Below are positions 57,654-64,000 of a stretch of DNA of 64,000 nt, piece after piece (position 1 is the first letter of the stretch; each line of letters opens with the position of its first letter). Made by a program: the position numbers and the translations under genes. The notes beneath the pieces were generated by a model, which saw only the letters and a program-made list of their open reading frames with translations, was not told the origin of the DNA and made no database searches. The stretch comes from the human T2T-CHM13v2.0 reference genome, Homo sapiens. The stretch lies in NCBI RefSeq assembly GCF_009914755.1, contig NC_060929.1; one strand, written 5' to 3'.

Positions 57654-57734
57654 CAAGATTTTACTAGTATCTCCATATATTTTACTGGTACCTCCAAACA
57701 TTTTACTGGTACCTTCAAAGATTTTACAGGCACT
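57654..57734. repeat. 21-bp minisatellite, about 4 diverged units
   Basis: caagattttactagtatctcc / atatattttactggtacctcc / aaacattttactggtaccttc / aaagattttacaggcact. Confidence 0.85.
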
Positions 57735-58487
57735 AAAAACCATCTATTAATACTTGAATCTTATCTATAATCTATACCTCTGAAAACATTGTTTAAATAT
57801 TATTAAATAAAGTGTTATAATGTAAACTGTTCTACTTTATTAGAGGATTTTAAAATTTAAATTTCTTTTCTGTTACTTTTATTGCTCTATGAAGAAAATT
57901 CATTAAAGCTCTTTATCCTTTTATGAAGTCTTCTGCCATTTCCTACAACTCTTTTAACATAGTACTTTCTGGTGCTTCTCAAATTACTTTCTGATGTATT
58001 CAAGTTATTTATTATTTTATTTTGGTTTTTATTTATTTTGTAAAGCACGTATTTGATGATTAATTCTTATATGTCTGTTTATTTATAAATATTTTACATG
58101 GCTTCTCATTTCTGACTTTTAAATTAATAAACATTAATTTTTTTCAACTTCCATTTATTTTCTTCAGTTTTGATATTTTTATTTTAGGGATGCATTTAGT
58201 CCTTAACTCAATTGGTTGTGATTGGTTTAGAGTTCTTAACTTTACATTTAAAAATTAGGTAAATTCTTCTTAAACATAATAACATTTTAAAACTCTAAAT
58301 ATATATTATTTTGAGGAAAAAAAGAGTTATTTTTGTCTTATATGAGACCAGACACCCAATGTCTCCAGCATAGTGGGAAAACCAAGACCCTAGACCGGGG
58401 GAGATGGACAAATGCACTGTAAAATACTAGTTTTTTTAGAACAAATAATTGAGGAGAAGAAAAGTTTAGAAGAAGAAAAGGCTAACA

Positions 58488-59029
58488 CAGTAGTCCCACT
58501 TTATCAGTAGTTTCACTTTCTGCCATTTCTGTTTTCCGTGGTCAGCCATTGTTAGAAAATATTGAATGAAAAATTTTAGAAACAAACAATTCATAAATTT
58601 TATATTGCATGTAGTTCTGAGTAGCGTGATAAAATGTTGGGTCATCCTGCTCTGGACATGGGTCATTCCTTCATCCAGCATATCCGTGCTGTGTATGTTA
58701 CCTGCCTGACAGTCTCTCAATAGCCTTCTTGGTGATCAGTTCAACAGACCACAACAGTAATAAAATAACAAGGGTGAGTCAATTATAATATGATATTTTG
58801 AGAGGGAGAAAGATCATATCCACATAACTTTGATTACACTATAATGTTAAAATCCTTATATTTTATTAATATTGTTTATCTTATTGCATGTAATTTGTAA
58901 ATTAAACTGTATCATGAGTATCTATGTACAGAAAAAACATAGTATATATAAGATTAGATACTATCCACAGTTTTGGGTACCATTTGGGAGTGTTGGAACA
59001 AATCCTCTACTGAGAAGAGAGAACTCCTG
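58488..59029 (+). mobile_element. MER44 (B-like) Tigger/TcMar non-autonomous DNA transposon
   Basis: TIRs CAGTAGTCCCACTTTATC ... GAGAAGAGAGAACTCCTG; TA at the right end, CA (mutated TA) at the left; 542 bp. Confidence 0.85.
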
Positions 59030-59122
59030 TAATAGCTGTTTAGAGAAATATTAGATAGCATCTCAGGCAATGCTAAAATTTCTCATGTGGTAAAAATGAG
59101 ATTCAAGCAAAAATTATTATTA

Positions 59123-59363
59123 TTATTATTATTATTTTTTCAGAATGAGCAATTAGGTTTAAGTTTTCTTTCTTTTTTTTTAATTTTATTTATTTATTTA
59201 TTTATTTTATTATACTTTAAGTTTTAGGGTACATGTGCACATTGTGCAGGTTAGTTACATATGTATACATGTGCCATGCTGGTGCGCTGCACCCACTAAC
59301 TGGTCATCTAGCATTAGGTATATCTCTCAATGCTATCCCTCCCCCCTCCCCCCACCCCACAAC
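59123..59363 (-). mobile_element. Young L1 (L1PA2/PA3-like) 3' end, 5'-truncated, with a 3' transduction
   Basis: tatactttaagttttagggtacatgtgcacattgtgcaggttagttac...ctaactggtcatctagc; lacks the L1HS-Ta ACA diagnostic; 16-bp TSD. Confidence 0.93.
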
Positions 59364-59699
59364 TGCAAAAATTATTATTAAATGTTGAACCATGTAGTCA
59401 ATGTAAAGCCAAGTATACATGCCAGTAGTTTCTGATTATAATGTAACTCTTCCTTGAAATACAACTTTTTGCCTGCCTATTAGGCTGCTCTAAATATAAA
59501 TAAAAGAACCAAGAGTAAACTAGACCTGTGAGCATTAGCAAGTTAAATAAGTAAATAAGCAAACAATAAAAATACATCAATCCATAAGTCATATAAATAT
59601 CCAGTACAAGAAATTGATCATGTCAAGAAGTTGATCAAAGTGAGTTGATAGCAAAGGAAAACCAGCAGGAATGTAAGAACTATAAAATATCACCTATTT

Positions 59700-60545
59700 T
59701 TGAAACTGAGTGTTTGCATTTTCCCTGGTGGCAGGCGTCCATCCTGAGCTGCATGATATGACATGATTTACTAGGCATTTCTGATATAAGACATAACAGA
59801 TATAAAGGATTAATGGTATGGGGTACAGGCATATGTGAATGATATTCAGAGTGTTATATAAAGGATCTCAGACTAGGAGATTTAATGCTAATGTAAAGGA
59901 GCCAGCAGATTACATGACTATCTCTTCCTTCAATTTACAGGTAAAATACATATTTAAGAAAACAAATGACAGAGCACATTCCAAAAGAAAGAAAAGTAAA
60001 GCCTTCAGGATTCAGACATAATGAACTAAACAAAATATACAACCTGAATTAGTACAAATGCTTCAAGAACTAAAAATAAGCCAATAAATAAAATCTATGT
60101 ATTAAGGGTTGATATTGTAAATATAATACAGGAAAAATAAGCTACAAAAAAGAAATAAGTTGACAAATTAGAAATAAAAATAACATTGAAAGGTAATAGA
60201 CAAAATATAAATTAAAAATAACACATTGAAAAATGTAGGTACACTAGAACTTTGTAAGTTTTTTTTAACAAATGCAAATAAGTTGTTCAAACTGATAGAA
60301 AAAAACAGACCTTGATAAATCAAGGAAGATTCTAGAGTAATAGGAATAAATCAGCACTAAGAGAATATGACACAGTAATATCAGAAATATACCTTAATGA
60401 ATGATAAGGTGTAAGCATTTGGGGGGCCCTCCCACCCCCTGGCAAAAAGGAAATAACAGAGTATACAAATCAGATGACACAAACCTGCATAACAAAGTTC
60501 ACACTAGACATTCTGGAAGATCCTCTATCCTCAATGCTTATCCTT
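59700..60545 (+). mobile_element. Possible very old L1 5'/ORF1 fragment
   Basis: A-rich ORF1-like texture (tagaaataaaaataac, aataggaat...cagtaat); weak. Confidence 0.35.
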
Positions 60546-60867
60546 ACACATATAAACATGATCGAGATGAAGGAAGGTCATAATCACATAATATCTCACT
60601 ATGTTCCACTCTATCTCAAGTGAATAAACTCCTTCTTTTGGAATTCTGTCCATTTAATGACAGTAATAAGAATGCTGCTCTTTTTTAAAACTAGAATTTT
60701 CTTTAAGTACTCAGAATGTAATAATTGTTCTCAAGCACGATGATTGGGTGTTTATGAGCACGTGTGAGTTGTACCTCCTTCAAATCCTGTTTTGGTGGCA
60801 GCACGTTACCCATCTGACATGAAAGAAAATAAGAGAAAAAATGAAAATTACCTGCTAAGGTTAAGTG

Positions 60868-61066
60868 ATATATGTGTGTGTGTGTATATATATATGTGTG
60901 TGTGTATGTATATGTGTGTATATATATATACACACACACATATATACGTGTATGTATATATGTGTGTGTGTGCATATATATATACTTAAACAAAGTAGTA
61001 TTAATCCATGAAATGTGTACTTAGTATTGTGTGTGTGGATATATATATATCCACACATATATATAT
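60868..61066. repeat. Compound (TG)/(TA)/(CA) microsatellites
   Basis: Direct reading. Confidence 0.92.
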
Positions 61067-61265
61067 GGCTTTAAGCACTAGTGTTAACTGGAAATGTGTT
61101 AGAGTTATGCAGCTGCCTAGGCTCATTTGCATAGATTCAATAAGAAGACAATGAGATGCACTCAAATGGTTCTAGACAGTATTGCTCACCACATGGCAGG
61201 CAACGTGGGTTCATAGTTCTCTCTACCTTCCAAATCCCGTGGGGGTGGCGCGGGTAAATATTTTG

Positions 61266-61605
61266 TGTTACAGATTGATATTTTATATATTGAAATCTTA
61301 ACTTTTAATGTGATGACATTTGACGGTGTCTTTAGAAGGTAATTAGGTCATGAGGATGAAGCCTTCATGAATGGAATTAGTGCACTTATAAAAAGAACCC
61401 CAAAGAACTTTCTTCCTGTTTTTGCCAGGTGAGGTTACAAAGAGAAGCGGCACTCTGCCACCCGGAAAATGGTCCTCACCAGAACCAACCATGCTGGCAC
61501 CCTGATCTTGAACTTCCAGCCTCCAGAACTGTGAGAAATAAGTTTCTGTTGTTTATAAGCCACACAGTTTATGATACTTTGTTATAGCAGCTTAAACTGA
61601 CAAGG
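61266..61605 (+). mobile_element. MLT1A-like LTR, apparently nested in an older LTR-like block (~61082-61930)
   Basis: taattaggtcatgagg, atggaattagtgcacttataaaaga, catgctggcaccctgatcttgaacttccagcctccagaactgtgagaaata. Confidence 0.85.
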
Positions 61606-63476
61606 ACTCTGCACACACAGGGGTTTATGTCACAGCTGAGAAACACTGCACTGTAAAAACCCTCGATTGTATAAGGGATCTGTCAGAAAACCTGCCCATC
61701 CTTATCTCCAGAGAAACTCTGCCTTGGAATGTAAGGCTATCCCTTTGCGAAGGAGAAGGAAGACTTTACTCTCCTAGAATGTCTCTGAAGAGAAAAACAT
61801 TCTCTATGTTTATTACACTGATCAGACAAGAAATCTCTCTCCTAAGGAGTGATACACTATCTCTAACTTCCAAGGCTCTTTGTTATACAAGATTCTTGAA
61901 AAGAGCATCTGAGGTGGTAAAAACACCACAGAGAATTGCTTCCAAACAAATAAAAATGATCAGGTTTCTGTGTAGAAAATTGTCAATTCTGAGTGTTAGC
62001 TTGATGCTGCATTATTCTTTGCAGTGTTTAAGGTTTTTCATGAACGAAAAAAAGGCATGTATTCAGATCATGTAGTGATTATGAACTTAATAAATCATTG
62101 AAAATCATCCATTTTAGTGTAGGAGGTTCACCTTGATTCCCACATGGAATAAATACACTGTATAATCTCCCCTTTAACCCAGGCTGATAGCTGAGGATCA
62201 ACTACTTGAGGTAAACTGAGACTCGAGGATTAGTAAAGAAATCCAGATAATCAGATAACTTGAGCTTGATTTAGGTCTGTATGTGTCATTGAACATATGC
62301 TGTTGAATCATTTCACCTTTCAAAGTACTGTATCAGCCATGGTTAATTCAGGAGAAAAGAAATCATACAAGGTCTTCACACAGGGGGGATTTTATAAGAG
62401 ACCACAATGGTTTTATAAGAACTGTCAAACTTAAACAGCAAAAAGGGAGCACTAAGCTAACCCAAAGATTATAACTGATGAAAACAAAGATGAGAAAAGA
62501 AGTGGGAAGAGCAAGGCCTGAGAGTTCTTTGTGAGGCCCTGTGGGGTTGGCACTCAATCTCCAAAGAGGAGGTGCCTCTTGGTTGTTGGTTCCTGTAAGA
62601 AGGGTGATGAGGCTGAAATCAGGACTGGCAAAAGGGGCTGGAGACTGGAGACCATTCTCTCTTTTGAGTTATGCTGATGTGAACAGCAGAAAAAATGAAA
62701 GAAAAAAAGAAGAAAACATAAACGGGGGAGAGTTCCTTCTCACTTCATTCATCTTCCTCTTCAGTGCCTCTGATGGACATAATCATGGAAATCAGGAATA
62801 CAGTTTGCAAAATTTTAGTCCCAGCATCTCAGAGTAGAGTATAAGGAATGGATTTTATGCTGAAAGACAATGAGTACATGACTATCAAAATTACTAACTA
62901 TAAGGTCATTTTCAAGGGACTTTAATCCACTATTTTAATGGGAATATTTACTGAGGCTTCTAGTTTTCTTTGTGAAAACCAATTAACTTCAAGGTGACAT
63001 TACTAAATATTTCTTCTACTGGGAAACGAAACTTAATGGTAACAGAAACTGATGTTTTGTCAGGAAAACATATTTTTTTCTGAATTTATTATTAGTGTAG
63101 AATGCACACTTTTGCATGGAGGAATGATTTCATTCCATTTCTTTAAATTAGACACAGAATCTAATATGAGCGTTGCAATCTGCTGTGGAATATGTCCTTT
63201 GAGATGTCTGTTTCCCTTTTTCCCATATTCTCATTATAATATATAGCTTTTCTTATTTTACCTTCTACTTCCCAAGGAGTGGAGAATATAGAATAAATAA
63301 ATAAGATAGTCTTAAATTAAAAATTTCCTCTTATGTACACTGCTCTTAGAATTTGTTTCAGCATATGTGTGATTCATCTTGTTGCTATTTCAAATTCTAG
63401 TATAAAGAACATACTTATAAATACCATTCATTTGTGAAAAAAATCTAAAAGGAATAGCAATCTCTTCATTGTCCTG

Positions 63477-64000
63477 TGTATTAATCTATTTTCATGCTGC
63501 TGATAAAGACACAACTGAGACTGGGCAATTTACAAAAGGAAGAGGTTTAATGGACTTACAGGTCCACATGGCTAGGGTGGCCTCACAATCATGGCAGAAG
63601 GCACTTCTTACATGGCGGTGGCAAGAAAGAGAATGAGGAAGAAGCAAAAGCAGAAGCTCCTTATAAAGCCATCCGATCTCATGAGACTTATTCACTATCA
63701 TGAGAACTGTATGGGGAAAACTGCCCCCATGATTCAATTATCTCCCACCAGGTCCCTCCCCCAACACATGGGAATTATGGGAGTACAATTCAAGATGAGA
63801 TTTGGGTGAAGACACAGAGCCAAACTATATCATTCCATGCCTGTCTCCTGCCAAATCTCATGTCCCCACATTTCAAAACCAATTATGCCTTCCCAACAGT
63901 CCCCCAAAGACTTATTTCAGCATTAACTCAAAAGTCCACAGTCCAACATCTCATCTGAGACAAGGCAAGTCCCTTCCACCTATGAGCCTGTAAAATCAAA
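63477..64000 (-). mobile_element. THE1 (A-like): LTR 63477-63832 plus internal sequence continuing past the window end
   Basis: tgtattaatc...gctgataaagac...ccaaactatatca, followed by THE1-int matching 31284 onward. Confidence 0.94.

Overview
AT-rich, gene-poor primate genomic DNA. AluY, L1PA2/3 and HERV-W LTR17 point to a catarrhine/hominoid genome, most likely human. I find no credible host protein-coding gene; the supplied ORFs fall in transposon remnants, microsatellites or short AT-rich stretches. The window is a layered record of mobile elements: (i) a doubly deleted class II HERV-K (probably HML-5/HERVK22) provirus fused to an AluY 5' end (1-2827); (ii) an HERV-S/HERVL18 provirus with a tRNA-Ser PBS abutting an AluJ (9059-11275); (iii) an old L1 carrying five LTRs, including a full solo HERV-W LTR17 nested in a MER48-like LTR (12700-19020); (iv) three THE1 MaLR copies with internal sequence, several solo MaLR LTRs, nine Alus and a MER44 DNA transposon. 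The most striking structures are a double-hairpin insertion flanked by 29-bp direct repeats inside THE1-int (31512-31651), a young L1 3' end with a 23-nt 3' transduction between 16-bp TSDs (59107-59380), and an Alu Pol III promoter fused to HERV-K gag with a T4 terminator 130 nt downstream (2698-2827). Subfamily names are recalled from consensus sequences and were not checked against Dfam.
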